Numbered from the stretch's first letter, positions 9,617 through 20,042 are shown. The stretch is 64,000 bases of DNA from an uncultured delta proteobacterium (GCA_963727485.1 CAVSGM010000002.1:576001-640000), one strand, 5' to 3'. A program made the numbers and translations. Notes: generated by a model not told the origin, from the letters alone.

Positions 9617-10570
9617 CTACGCGCGGGTGAGGTTCCGGACGTCGCCGAGGCGGCGGTAGTCCTCACCCACCACTTCAACGAGCTCGCACATCTCATGGAG
9701 ACGGCTGAAGATTCTCGTCCCCACCCGCTCCTCGAGGGTCTCGGCGACCAGCTGGTCCTGGAAGCGGGGCCCCCGGGTGCGCACCTGCCCGCTGCCCCCG
9801 GCGAGCTGGCTCTTGAGGGTGGTGTCCTTGCCCAGGGTGTAGTTGGACGCGAAGAGGGTCACCCGGCCGGCGTTGTAGCGACGGGAGAGGATCTCGTCGA
9901 GGACGTACATCTCCCAGTCGGTGCCGCGGCCCTTGCCCAGCTCGTCGATGGCGAGGACCTCGACGTCGCAGAGGGGAGCGATGATCTCCATCTCGCTCCG
10001 GCCCTGGCTGTAGCCGTCCTTGAGCTCGGACAGGAGGTGGAAGAACTCGACGTACCGGCAGGGGACGGCCTGCTCCAGCGTGAGGACCCGGAGGGCGCCC
10101 ACGAGCAGGTGGCTCTTGCCGACCCCCGGCGGGCCCATGAGGCAGAAGCCCTTGGGGGGCTCTGGAGGCTCGGCGTCCGGGTCGTCCCCGGAGCGGGCGC
10201 CGACGGTGGCCCGGCGGAAGGCGTCGTAGGCGGCGACGAAGGCCTGGACCCGCTCCAGGGCCCGGGCCTGGGACTCGCCATAGGGCCGGTAGCTGTCCCG
10301 GTCGTCGCGGCGGGTGCGCAGGGTGAGGGTCCGGGTGGCGAGCACCCGGGGGATCCGGGCGGCGTTGAACCGGGCGCAGGCCCGCTCCGGGGCCTGGCAC
10401 CCACAGGGGCGCACGAAGGGCACGCCGTCGCGCTCGACCAGCTCCCGGCCCGTGCCCTCACACCTGGGGCAGGTGCCCGCGCCGGTGTGGGCCGGGCGGG
10501 CCACGGCGTAGCCCCCGGGCCCGGCGTGGATGCGGACCTCGGGGGCGGTCTGGGCGGGGGCGTCGGTCAT
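9617..10570 (-). CDS. DnaC/IstB-like AAA+ ATPase with N-terminal zinc-binding motif
   Basis: CPRCEGTG...RPCGC, GPPGVGKSHL, LAIDELG, ILSRRYN, RIFSRLHEMC. Confidence 0.82.
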   Translation of the reverse strand: MTDAPAQTAPEVRIHAGPGGYAVARPAHTGAGTCPRCEGTGRELVERDGVPFVRPCGCQAPERACARFNAARIPRVLATRTLTLRTRRDDRDSYRPYGESQARALERVQAFVAAYDAFRRATVGARSGDDPDAEPPEPPKGFCLMGPPGVGKSHLLVGALRVLTLEQAVPCRYVEFFHLLSELKDGYSQGRSEMEIIAPLCDVEVLAIDELGKGRGTDWEMYVLDEILSRRYNAGRVTLFASNYTLGKDTTLKSQLAGGSGQVRTRGPRFQDQLVAETLEERVGTRIFSRLHEMCELVEVVGEDYRRLGDVRNLTRA

Positions 10571-10863
10571 GGATCCCTCCGGCCGACGGCCTTCTCCCGG
10601 GCGGCGCGGAAGGCCTCGTCGACGGCGGCGGCATAGTACGCCAGGCGGTGGGGCGGCGGCACCCCCGGCCGGAGGAGCTGGTGGGCCTCGACGGAGGCCT
10701 GGAGCCCCCGGCACACGACCTCGACCGGGATGCCCCGGGCCTCCCACCGGTGGACCAGCTCGGTGTCCACCGGGGAGAGCATGAGGCCCCGGCCCTGGAG
10801 ACCGGTGAAGAAGTCGGTGACCAGCTCGAGGTAGCCCAGCCGTCGCGCCTGCCGCAGTGCCAT
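10567..10863 (-). CDS. Small hypothetical protein (DnaD/DnaB_2-like) coupled to the DnaC-like ATPase
   Basis: LMLSPVDTELVHRWEARGIPVEVVCRGL...LAYY; 4-bp overlap with the ATPase start. Confidence 0.55.
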   Translation of the reverse strand: MALRQARRLGYLELVTDFFTGLQGRGLMLSPVDTELVHRWEARGIPVEVVCRGLQASVEAHQLLRPGVPPPHRLAYYAAAVDEAFRAAREKAVGRRDP

Positions 10864-10924
10864 GATCGCCATCATGCCACGGCCCCCTGACATCCGGCAT
10901 GGGGGACGGTGCGCCCCCTTGCCC

Positions 10925-10939
10925 GTGCGGGCTTCGTTC
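10925..10939 (+). promoter_or_regulatory. Putative LexA box (GTGC-N7-GTTC) upstream of lexA
   Basis: GTGCgggcttcGTTC ending 17 bp before the lexA ATG; matches the boxes before imuA and dnaE2. Confidence 0.55.
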
Positions 10940-10956
10940 GGTAGGGTGTCCGGCGG

Positions 10957-11574
10957 ATGAAACCCCTCTCCGGACGCCAGCTCGAGGTCCTCGAGACCCT
11001 CCAGTCCTTCGCCGAGGCCGAGGGGCGCATGCCCTCGGTCCGGGAGCTGGCCCGGGCCCTGGGGCGGGCGCCGTCCACGGTGCAGCAGCACCTCGACGCC
11101 CTGTCCGCCAAGGGCTGGCTCGAGCGCGACGGCCAGGCCCACGGCCTGCGCCTCCGGGGGTTCTCGCCGCCATCCGCCGGGGCCGGCACCCTCCTGGTGC
11201 CCGTGGTCGGGCGCATCGCCGCCGGGTCCCCCATCGAGGCCCTGGAGCTCCCTGCCGACCCGGTCCCCCTGCCAGATTCCCTAGCACTTCCAGGGTCATT
11301 TGCGCTGATTGTTCAGGGAGATTCGATGGTCGACGACCACATCCTCGACGGGGACCTGGTCGTCGTCCGCCCCCAGCCCACGGTGGAGAACGGCGAGATC
11401 GCCGTGTGCGTGCTCCCCGACGGCACGGCGACCCTCAAGCGCCTGTTCCGGGAGCGGGGGCGCTTCCGCCTCCAGCCGGCCAACGCCAAGATGGCGCCCC
11501 TCGTCGTCGACGACGTCCGGGTCCAGGGGCGGGTCACCGGCGTCGTCCGGCGCGTCGGCCCCCAGGCGCGCTAG
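10957..11574 (+). CDS. lexA: SOS repressor LexA
   Basis: wHTH PSVRELA, cleavage site IAAG, catalytic Ser in GDSM and Lys in ATLKRL. Confidence 0.95.
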   Translation: MKPLSGRQLEVLETLQSFAEAEGRMPSVRELARALGRAPSTVQQHLDALSAKGWLERDGQAHGLRLRGFSPPSAGAGTLLVPVVGRIAAGSPIEALELPADPVPLPDSLALPGSFALIVQGDSMVDDHILDGDLVVVRPQPTVENGEIAVCVLPDGTATLKRLFRERGRFRLQPANAKMAPLVVDDVRVQGRVTGVVRRVGPQAR

Positions 11575-11622
11575 GGGCCGCCCCCGGACCGGGGACCGTC
11601 CCCAGTGGTCCGGTGTCAGGGT

Positions 11623-11637
11623 GTTCGTATATTGTCC
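11623..11637 (+). promoter_or_regulatory. Putative LexA box (GTTC-N7-GTCC) upstream of imuA
   Basis: GTTCgtatattGTCC; shares 13 bp (GGGTGTTCGTATA) with the dnaE2 upstream region. Confidence 0.7.
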
Positions 11638-11643
11638 GTGCCC

Positions 11644-12384
11644 ATGATGCCGTCCGCGCCAGGTCCCGCCCGCCGCCAGGCCGCCGTCGCCGAGCTCGCC
11701 CGATCGCTGCGCCGGCGCTTCCCCGGCGCCCGGCTCCAGGGGGGCGAGGCGCCCGCCGTCCTCGCCACCGGGGTCACGGCCCTCGACGCCCTGCTCCCCG
11801 GCGGCCTGCCCCGGGGGCGGGTCACCGTCCTCGCCGGGCCGCCGTCGTCGGGGCACACGGGGCTCGCCCTCGCCGCCGCGGCCCGGGTCACCGGGGGCGG
11901 CGCCCGGGTCGCGTGGGTCGACGTCCCGGGCACCCTCCACCCTCCGTCCGCCGACGCCGCCGGGGTGGAGCTGGCGCGCCTCATCCTGGTCCGGCCCCCG
12001 GCCCGAGGCCCCCGGCGGGTGACCGACGCCCTCCACGCCGCGGCGGTCCTCCTCGGGGCCCGGGCGGTGGGGCTGGTGGTCCTCAATCTCGCCGGCGACG
12101 GGGTGGTGGTCCCGGCCGACCGGGGGGCCTGGACGCGGCTGGCCCGGGCGGTGTCCTCGGAGGCGGCGTGCCTGGTCCTCGCCGGGGCGGCCCCCGGGGG
12201 GGCGCCGCTGGCCCAGGTGGCCTCGGTGGTGGTGTCCCTGGGCCGGGCCCGGGCCACCTGGCTCGGGGACGGGGCGCCGGCGCGCCTCGCCGGGGCCCGG
12301 ATCCGCGCCGAGGTCGCCCGGTCGCGCTTCGGGGGCGAGGGGCGGGTCGCCGAGATCCCCCTGGCCCGGCCCGTGGAGAGGTGA
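11644..12384 (+). CDS. imuA: ImuA-like RecA-fold protein
   Basis: TGVTALDALLPGGLPRG, degenerate P-loop GPPSSGHT, AWVD, AGVELARL; located between lexA and imuB. Confidence 0.8.
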   Translation: MMPSAPGPARRQAAVAELARSLRRRFPGARLQGGEAPAVLATGVTALDALLPGGLPRGRVTVLAGPPSSGHTGLALAAAARVTGGGARVAWVDVPGTLHPPSADAAGVELARLILVRPPARGPRRVTDALHAAAVLLGARAVGLVVLNLAGDGVVVPADRGAWTRLARAVSSEAACLVLAGAAPGGAPLAQVASVVVSLGRARATWLGDGAPARLAGARIRAEVARSRFGGEGRVAEIPLARPVER

Positions 12385-12387
12385 GCG

Positions 12388-13923
12388 GTGGCCGCGGGCG
12401 CAGAGGACGGCGGACGACGCATCGGCGCCCTCTGGGTCCCGGACCTGGTCCTCCGGGCCCACCTCGACGCGGCGGCCCTCGCCGGCCCGGCGGCGGTGGT
12501 CGACGGCGCCGGGGCCGGCGGCGGGCGGGTGCGCGTGGCCACGGCGGCGGCCCTCGTGGCCGGGGTGGTCCCGGGGCAGGACCGGGTCCAGGCCCAGGCC
12601 CGCCTCCCCGAGCTCGTCGTCGCCGGCCTCGCCCCCACCCGCCTCGCGGCCGCCCAGGCCCGGCTCCTCCGGGCGGCCACCACCCTCTCGCCGGTCGTCG
12701 AGGACGGCCGGGCGGTGGCCGGGGCCGACAATCCCCTCGCCGGGGCCGGGCTGGTGCGCTTCGACGCCGCGGGCCTCGGCCTCCTCCACGACGGCCCCGA
12801 GGCCCTCCTCGACGCCGCGGTCGCCGCCGCCGCCGACGCGGGGCTCCCGGGGGCCCTGGGGGCCATCGCCGGCGGGCCCGGGGTCGCCGGGCTCCTCGCG
12901 GTAAACGGCGGCGCCCGGGTGGTGCGCCCGGGGCGCGACCGGGGGGCGCTCGCCGCCCTGCCCCTTGCCGCCCTGGCCCTCCCCGAGGCGCCGGGGCTCT
13001 CCACCGAGGCCCTCCGGCACCTCTGGCTCCTCTCGGTCCGGACCCTCGGCGGCTTCGCGGCACTGCCCGCCGCCTCGGTGGAGGCCCGCTTCGGCACCCC
13101 GGGCCTCGCCCTCCACCGCCTCGCCCGGGGGGTCGACCCACGGCCCCTGGTCCCCGTCGCCGAGGCCGAGGCCCTGGTGCTCCGGGGCGAGGCGCCCCAC
13201 CCCGCCCGCACGGTGGACCGGGCGGTGGCGGTGGTCCGGCCCCTGCTGGACGCCCTGGCCGGGCGCCTCCACCGGGCGGGCCTCGGGCTCACCCGCCTGG
13301 AGCTCGCCTGGGGCCTCCGCGGGGGCACCGCCCGCCGGGCCCTGGAGATCCTCGACCCCCTGGCGGACGGCGGCGCCCTCGCGGCCCTGGTGCGCCTCGA
13401 CCTCGAGGCCCGGCCGCTTCAGGGGGCGGTGGTCGACGTGGCGGTGCGCGCCGGGCGGACCGTGGCCCGGGACACGGGCCAGGGGGAGCTCTTCGGCCGG
13501 CCCAGCGGGGGCCTGGGGAAGGCGGTGGCGCGCCTCGGGGGGCGGCTCGGGGCCGCCGGGCTCGGGGTGCCGGTCCTCGACGACCGGCACCGCCCCGAGG
13601 CCCGGGCGCACCTGGCGGCGGTGGGCGCCGGCGCCGGGCGGCGCGCCGAACCGGGTCCGGCCCCCGCCCCCGGCGCCGCGCCCCTGGCCATGCGCCTGCT
13701 CCCGGTGCCCCGGCCGGTGCGGGTGGAGCTCGGCGCCGAGGGCCGCCCAATCCGGGTCGACGGCCAGCCGGCCAGAAGCGCCGGGCCCTTCCCCCAGAGC
13801 GGCGAGTGGTGGGCCGCCGGCTACGACCGGGCCTACTTCGAGGTGGAGACCGCCGCCGGCCTCTGGTGGCTGTACCGGGACGGCGCCGACGGGCGCTGGT
13901 TCGTCCACGGGGTCTTCGATTGA
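12388..13923 (+). CDS. imuB: ImuB-like inactive Y-family polymerase
   Basis: LSPVVED, LAALPLAAL, beta-clamp motif QGELF, C-terminal GEWW...RAYF...WLYRD...WFVHGVFD. Confidence 0.85.
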   Translation: MAAGAEDGGRRIGALWVPDLVLRAHLDAAALAGPAAVVDGAGAGGGRVRVATAAALVAGVVPGQDRVQAQARLPELVVAGLAPTRLAAAQARLLRAATTLSPVVEDGRAVAGADNPLAGAGLVRFDAAGLGLLHDGPEALLDAAVAAAADAGLPGALGAIAGGPGVAGLLAVNGGARVVRPGRDRGALAALPLAALALPEAPGLSTEALRHLWLLSVRTLGGFAALPAASVEARFGTPGLALHRLARGVDPRPLVPVAEAEALVLRGEAPHPARTVDRAVAVVRPLLDALAGRLHRAGLGLTRLELAWGLRGGTARRALEILDPLADGGALAALVRLDLEARPLQGAVVDVAVRAGRTVARDTGQGELFGRPSGGLGKAVARLGGRLGAAGLGVPVLDDRHRPEARAHLAAVGAGAGRRAEPGPAPAPGAAPLAMRLLPVPRPVRVELGAEGRPIRVDGQPARSAGPFPQSGEWWAAGYDRAYFEVETAAGLWWLYRDGADGRWFVHGVFD

Positions 13924-13933
13924 GGCGCGGCGC

Positions 13934-14000
13934 TGCCCACGTGGGCACCGGCGACTGCCCACGTGGGCAGAGTCACCCGGCCGTCGTGCCCACGTGGGCA
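13934..14000. repeat. Three copies of the perfect palindrome TGCCCACGTGGGCA
   Basis: Copies at 13934-13947, 13956-13969 and 13987-14000, between convergent stop codons. Confidence 0.9.
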
Positions 14001-14015
14001 CACGCGGGCGGCGGG

Positions 14016-14984
14016 CTACGCCTCGGCGTCGGCCACGACGCCGGCGAGCCACCCGGCGAAGGCCTCGGTCCCCACCACGCGCCGGGCCTGCTCCCGGAGC
14101 CCGGCCTCCAGGTGGGGCCGCCAGCCCTCCTCCAGGCCCGAGCCCTCCAGCAGGTCCCGGGCGCTCCGTTCCCCGGCCAGGTCCAGGGCCTGGCGCACGC
14201 CGGACTCCACGGCGTCCCCGAGGCCCTCCCAGCCCGCGACGGCGGTCACGATGGCCGACACGTCGTCCACGACCCGGTCGGGGTTCATCTTCACCACCTC
14301 CGCCCGGTACCGGTCCACCGGCTGATCCAGGATGGCGTCCACCAGGTGCGCCCGGAAGTCGGCCATCTCCGGGGCCAGGCGGTCGGAGGTCAGCTGGCTC
14401 ACCCAGACGTCGGCGGCGTGGCCGATGACGTCGTCGAGGAAGTCGCCGACCCGCCCCTGGAGCGCCCGCTCCATCTCCCCGGTCACGGCGCTGGCCACGC
14501 CCTTGGCGGCCCCGAGGATCCCGGCGAAGGCCCGGCCCCCGGGGAGCCGGCTCGCCTCGCCCAGGACGCTGCCCACCCGGCTGGAGAACTGCACCAGGGT
14601 GTCCTGGAGCACCCCCCGGAGGGCCTTGCGCATGGCCGGGTGGTCAAGGACGTCGCGGACGAGCGCCCGGTCCGGGGTGTAGGGCCGCCGGAGGAAATCC
14701 TTCAGCGGCGCCACCACCGCGTCGGGCACCCGGTCCCGGAGCCGACCCTCGAGGCGCTCGGTGCGGGTGAGGGCCGCGGAGACCTGGCCCCGGATCCACT
14801 CGGCGGTCCGGGGGTCGGCGGCGCTGGCCCGGAGGCCCTCGGTCAGCGCCGTGGCCACCTGGGCCGGGTCCACCAGCTCGTGGACCGGGCGCCCGAGGGC
14901 GTCGTCCACCAGGAGCGAGACGAGGTCGTCGAGGGGACCGGGGTCGGCCCGGAGGCGGGCGAGGAGAGCGTCGGCGTCGGCCAT
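14016..14984 (-). CDS. Hypothetical alpha-helical protein
   Basis: 322-aa ORF with coding-like codon use; no motif recognised. Confidence 0.7.
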   Translation of the reverse strand: MADADALLARLRADPGPLDDLVSLLVDDALGRPVHELVDPAQVATALTEGLRASAADPRTAEWIRGQVSAALTRTERLEGRLRDRVPDAVVAPLKDFLRRPYTPDRALVRDVLDHPAMRKALRGVLQDTLVQFSSRVGSVLGEASRLPGGRAFAGILGAAKGVASAVTGEMERALQGRVGDFLDDVIGHAADVWVSQLTSDRLAPEMADFRAHLVDAILDQPVDRYRAEVVKMNPDRVVDDVSAIVTAVAGWEGLGDAVESGVRQALDLAGERSARDLLEGSGLEEGWRPHLEAGLREQARRVVGTEAFAGWLAGVVADAEA

Positions 14985-15038
14985 GGTGACTGCATCCTAG
15001 CGCACGGCCCCGCGCCGATCCTCCCGCGACCCGGGCCG

Positions 15039-15738
15039 CTACCTGCCCTCGGGCATGTGAACGTACATGGACTGGATGCCCAGGCGGCCGGGCCCGGTGA
15101 AGCGGTTGGTCACCAGGTTCATGCTCCCGAGCAGCCCCGTGGAGAGCCGCTGCACGTTGGTCTCCATCTGGACCGTCTCGTCCTTGTAGAGCCAGCCCCC
15201 GGGCTCGACGTCGATCTGCTCGCCGACGCCGAGCACGCGCTCGAAGACGTTGCCGTACCCGTGCAGCCAGAGGATGCCCTCGCCCTGGGTGTCGTGGAAC
15301 TTGTCGATGAAGAACCCCGAGCCGCCGAAGAGCATGTTGGAGAAGCCCTTGACCCGTTCGTAGTGGTAGTCCACGTGATCCGTGGCGGCGAGGAACTGGT
15401 GCTCGCGGACCTCGATCCGCCGCCCGGGCTCGAGGTGGATGGGCACGATGTGCCCGGCGCCGTCGCGGCTGAAGGCGATCTGCCCCGGGCCCGTCGCCTG
15501 GGTGACGAAGATCTGGATGCCCGCGACCGCGCGCTTGAGGCTCCCCTTCAGCGGCCGGATGCTGATCTGCACGCTCGGGCTCTTCCACAGCAGGATGTAG
15601 TGCTCGAAGTAGAATCGTCTGCCCCTCGGCCAGGTCGACCGTGAGCACCGGCACCAGCTCGCCGTCGAGGTGGTAGGTGTAGCCGGCGAACTGTGCGGCC
15701 TCGGCGGACGTGGGCAGGAGGACGGGCGTGCTGCTCAT
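15039..15738 (-). CDS. AIM24 (TRAP-like) family protein; frameshift near 15612
   Basis: GELVPVLTVDL; GPGQIAFS, REHQFLAA, MLFGGSGFF, LWLHGYGN, FTGPGRLGIQSM. Confidence 0.82.
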
Positions 15739-15876
15739 GGGATCTCCAGTGAGGCGGGTGGCCATTCGGCGAGACCGCGGATGATGTCCACCCGGTTGGC
15801 GGGGGCGTCGGGGGCGAAGGACGAGGCCGGGTAGGTGCCGACGCGCCCGGGATCGAGCACGGCGGGGCAAGGCGCC

Positions 15877-16517
15877 TCAGTGGAGGATCCCGAACGCACC
15901 GTGCAGACCTCCGATGACCATCTGGGTGCCGATGACCGCCAGGATGAGCCCCATCATCCGCGTGATCGCCCCCAGGGCGCTGGAACCGATATAGGCGACG
16001 AACCTGGCGCCGAACACGAAGAACAGATAGGTGATGACGCACAGCACGGCGAACGCGACGATGGTGATGATGACGTTCGTCATCCCGCCCCCGGCGGAGA
16101 AGCTCATGGCGGTGGCGATGGTCCCCGGGCCGGCGAGGATGGGCATGGCCAGCGGCGAGACGGCGACGCTCAGCGCGGCCTTCTTGGAGGCCGCCTGGTC
16201 CGCCTCCCCGGGGTGGTGCACGCTGGACGGGCTGCCGCGCAGCATGTGGTAGCCGATGATGAACACGATCAGCCCACCGGTGATGCCGAAAGGCCGGCAG
16301 GGTCAGGCCGAAGGCGTGGAAGATGAGCTTCCCGGCGAGGGCGAAGAGCGCCACGATGATGAACGACAGGAGCAGGGCCCGAAACGCCACCGCGGCGGCG
16401 GTCTGCTTGTCGTCGTCGCTGGTGAGGCCCGAGGAAGATCGGCACGTTCGCGATGGGGTTCATGATCGCGAAGAAGCCCAGGAAGACGGTGATGGCGTGC
16501 GACAGGGTGCTCTGCAT
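15877..16517 (-). CDS. MarC family membrane protein; frameshifts near 16435 and 16290
   Basis: FFAIMNPIANVPIFL, PLAMPILAGPGTIA and ITRMMGLILAVIG are spread over three frames. Confidence 0.85.
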
Positions 16518-16684
16518 GCGTCGTTGATCCTTTCCGGCGGGGTCGAGCCAACCGCGAGACCGTAGGAGAAGCACCTTACAGGGGCCTCGCCAGACGGTGG
16601 GACGGGTCGCAGCGATCACCGACGGCCGGGACGCCGGCGCGTCCGCCGGTAGGGCCCCTCCCGGGCTTGTCCGCGGGCGGGGGT

Positions 16685-16699
16685 GTTCGTATACCGTTC
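16685..16699 (+). promoter_or_regulatory. Putative LexA box GTTC-N7-GTTC upstream of dnaE2
   Basis: Perfect GTTCgtataccGTTC ending 7 bp before ATG 16707. Confidence 0.75.
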
Positions 16700-16706
16700 G
16701 GTACCG

Positions 16707-19700
16707 ATGGCCGACGCCCCGACCGCCGCCGAGCTCCACGCCCACTCGGCCTTCTCCTTCCTCGAAGGCGCCTCGCTCCCCGAGGACCTCGCCGCCCGGG
16801 CCGCCGAGCTCGGCCTGACCCACCTCGCCCTCACCGACCGCGACGGGCTCTACGGCGCGGTGCGCTTCCACGCCGCCTGCCGGCGCCACGGCATCACCCC
16901 GGTGCTCGGCGCCGAGGTCACCCTCGGGCCCGGGTCGCCGGTCCCCGAGGGGGCCCGGGTGGTGCTCCTGGCCCGCACCGACGCCGGCTACCGCACCCTC
17001 ACCCGCCTCCTCACCGAGAGCCAGCTCCACACCCCCAAGGGCGAGGCGTCGTTGGACCCGGCGCTCCTCGAGGACCCGGACCAAGGCCTGTTCTGCCTCA
17101 CCGGGGGCTACGGCACCGGGGCGCTCTCGAGCGCCCTCGCCCACCCCGGCGACCCGGCGGCCGTCCCCGCCGCCCGGGCCACCCTCGCCTGGCTGAAGGA
17201 CCGCTTCGACAATCGGCTCTTCGTGGAGGTGGTCCGCCACCGGCTCCCCGAGGACCCCCTGCGCGAGGGGGTGCTCCGCGCCGCCGCCGGGCCCCTGGCC
17301 CTGCCGCTCCTCGCCGGCGGCGACGTCCACTACGCCCGCCCCGAGGGCCGGAGGCTCCAGGACGTCCTCACCTGCGTCCGCCACCACACCACCCTGGACC
17401 AGGCGGGCCGCCGGCTCTTCCCCAACGGCGAGCGGTACCTCCGGGGCCCCGCGGACCTGGCCCGGCGCTTCGCCGACCTCCCCGAGGCCCTGGCCCGGGC
17501 GAACGAGCTCGCCGCCGCCTGCGACGCCTCCCTGGAGCGCCTGCGCTACCGCTTCCCCGACTTCACGCCCCCGGCCGAGCTCGAGGCCCCCCGGCGCCCG
17601 GATGGCGCCCTGGACCTCGACGCCCTCCTCGCCCGCCTCGTCGACGACGGCGCCGCAAGGCGCTACGGCCCGCCCACGGAGCGCCGTCCGCCGGCAGCTC
17701 GACCACGAGCTCGGGGTCATCGGCCGCATGGGCCTCGCCGGGTACTTCCTGGTGGTCTGGGACATCGTCCGCTTCTGCCGCGCCGAGGGCATCCTCTGCC
17801 AGGGGCGGGGCTCGGCGGCGAACAGCGCCGTCTGCTACTGCCTCGGGATCACCGCCGTGGACCCCGTCGGCATGGCGCTGCTCTTCGAGCGCTTCCTCTC
17901 CGAGGCGCGCCGGGAGACGCCGGACATCGACATCGACATCGAGCACGCCCGGCGCGAGGAGGTCCTCCAGTACGTCTACGGCCGCTACGGGCGCCACCGG
18001 GCGGGGATGGTCAACGAGGTGATCACCTGGCGCGGGCGCTCGGCGGTGCGCGACGTGGGCAAGGCGCTGGGCTTCTCGCTGGCGCAGGTGGACCTGCTCG
18101 CCAAGAGCCTCGACCGGCGCACCGAAGACCTCGCCGACCACCTGCGCAGCCACGGCTACGACGGCGACCAGGGCCGGGTGCGCCTGCTCCAGGCGCTGGT
18201 GGCCGAGGCCTCGGGGCTCCCGCGCCACGTGAGCATCCACGTGGGGGGCATGGTCATCACCGAGGGCGCCCTCGACGAGGTGGTCCCGGTGGAGGCCGCG
18301 GCCATGGCGGACCGGAGCGTCCTCCAGTGGGACAAGGACGACTGCACCGAGCTGGGCATCATCAAGATCGACCTGCTGGGCCTGGGGATGCTCACGCTCC
18401 TGCGCCTGGGCCTGGAGCTGCTGCGCGACGACCTCGGCGTCGACCTCGACCTCGACCGCATCCCCAAGGAGGACCCGGCGGTCTACGACCTCCTCTGCGC
18501 CGCGGACACGGTGGGCGTGTTCCAGGTGGAGTCCCGGGCGCAGATGAACACCCTGCCCCGGATGCAGCCCCGGTGCTTCTACGACCTGGCCATCGAGGTC
18601 GCCCTCATCCGGCCGGGGCCCATCCAGGGCGACATGGTGCACCCCTACCTGCGCCGGCGCCGGGGCGAGGAGCAGGTCACCTATCTCCACCCGTCGCTGG
18701 AGCCCATCCTGAAGCGGACCCTGGGCGTGCCGCTCTTCCAGGAGCAGGGCATGAAGGTCGCCGTCGCCGCCGCCGGGTTCACCGCCGCCCAGGCCGACGC
18801 CCTGCGCCGGGCCATGGGCTTCCGCCGGGCCACCGGCGAGATGAGCGCCATCCAGCAGGCGCTGGTGCGGGGCATGACCGAGCGCGGGATTCCCCGGGAG
18901 GTCCAGGCGCGCATCGTCGCCCAGATCACCGCGTTTTCGAGCTACGGGTTCCCCGAGAGCCACGCGGCGAGCTTCGCGCTTCTGGTCTACGCCTCGGCGT
19001 GGCTCAAGGTGCACCACCCGTCCGCCTTCTACTGCGCCCTGATGAACGCCCAGCCCATGGGCTTCTACGCCCCGGCCACGGTGGTCAACGACGCCCTGCG
19101 CCACGGGGTCCCGGTGCGGCCGGTGGACGTGCGGTGGTCGGGCTACGAGTCGGTCCTGGAGCCCCTGGGCGCCGACGTGGCCGCGGACCTGGGGCGCGCC
19201 GTCGGCGGGCACCCGCTGGTGGCGGCGCCGTCCCACGCGGTGCGCCTGGGGCTCCGGACGGTCCAGGGGATCGGCGAGGCCCACGGGGCCTGGCTCGAGG
19301 CCGAGCGCGCGCGCGGGCCCTTCGTGTCTCTGGCCGACTTCGCCCGCCGGGCCCGGGTGAGCTCGAGGCTGCTCACGCGCCTGGCCACCGCCGGGGCCTT
19401 CCGGGGCCTCGGGCTCGAGCGGCGCCAGGCCATGTGGCAGGCGGCGGCGCTGGTCCGCGACCAGGGGGCGCTCTTCGCCCGGGCGCTCCCCGACGCCGAC
19501 GACGGGGTGCGCCTGCCGGCCATGGACACAGGCGAGCGCCTCGCCGCCGACCACGCGGCCACGGGCCTGACCACCGAGCGCCACCCCATGACCCTGCTCC
19601 GGGCCGAGGCGCGCCGCCGCCGGGCGCTCACCGCCGCCGAGCTCCAGGTGCAGCCCGCGGGGCGGCGGGTGCGGGTGGCGGGCCAGGTCATCGTCCGCCA

Positions 19701-19941
19701 GCGCCCGGGGACGGCCAAGGGCATGGTCTTCCTCACCCTCGAGGACGAGACGGGGATGGCGTCGGTGGCGGTGACCCCGCCCGTCTACGAGCGGTTCCGG
19801 GGGCCGGTGCGCGACGGGGTCTTCCTCCTGGTCGAGGGCACGGTGGAGCGCGAGGAGGGGGTGGTCGGGGTCACCGCCGAGAAGATCGGGCCGCTGGGCG
19901 ATCCGGCGGTCCCCGCGGCCCGTAGCCGGGATTTCCACTAG
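16707..19941 (+). CDS. dnaE2: Error-prone DNA polymerase DnaE2/ImuC; frameshift near 17690
   Basis: PHP domain ELHAHSAFSFLEGAS, GRGSAANS, PDIDID, FQVESRAQM, YGFPESHA; diagnostic C-terminus SRDFH. Confidence 0.95.
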
Positions 19942-20042
19942 GGCCGGCGGCAGGCCCGGGCGCGAAGGGCGCGGAACTGCTGCGTTGATGCGCCGCGGCG
20001 GGCCAAAACACCCGAGGCCCGCTTGTCTCCCAAAGAGAGGTC

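Noticed and set aside
9617..10570. IS21 element (IstB)
   Set aside because: No IstA transposase or terminal inverted repeats are visible
13934..14000. Mini CRISPR array
   Set aside because: Repeats are only 14-16 bp, spacers are 8 and 17 bp, and there are no cas genes
10899..15644. 1581-aa ORF and other very long Arg/Pro/Gly-rich ORFs
   Set aside because: Shadow frames caused by high GC; they overlap well-supported genes
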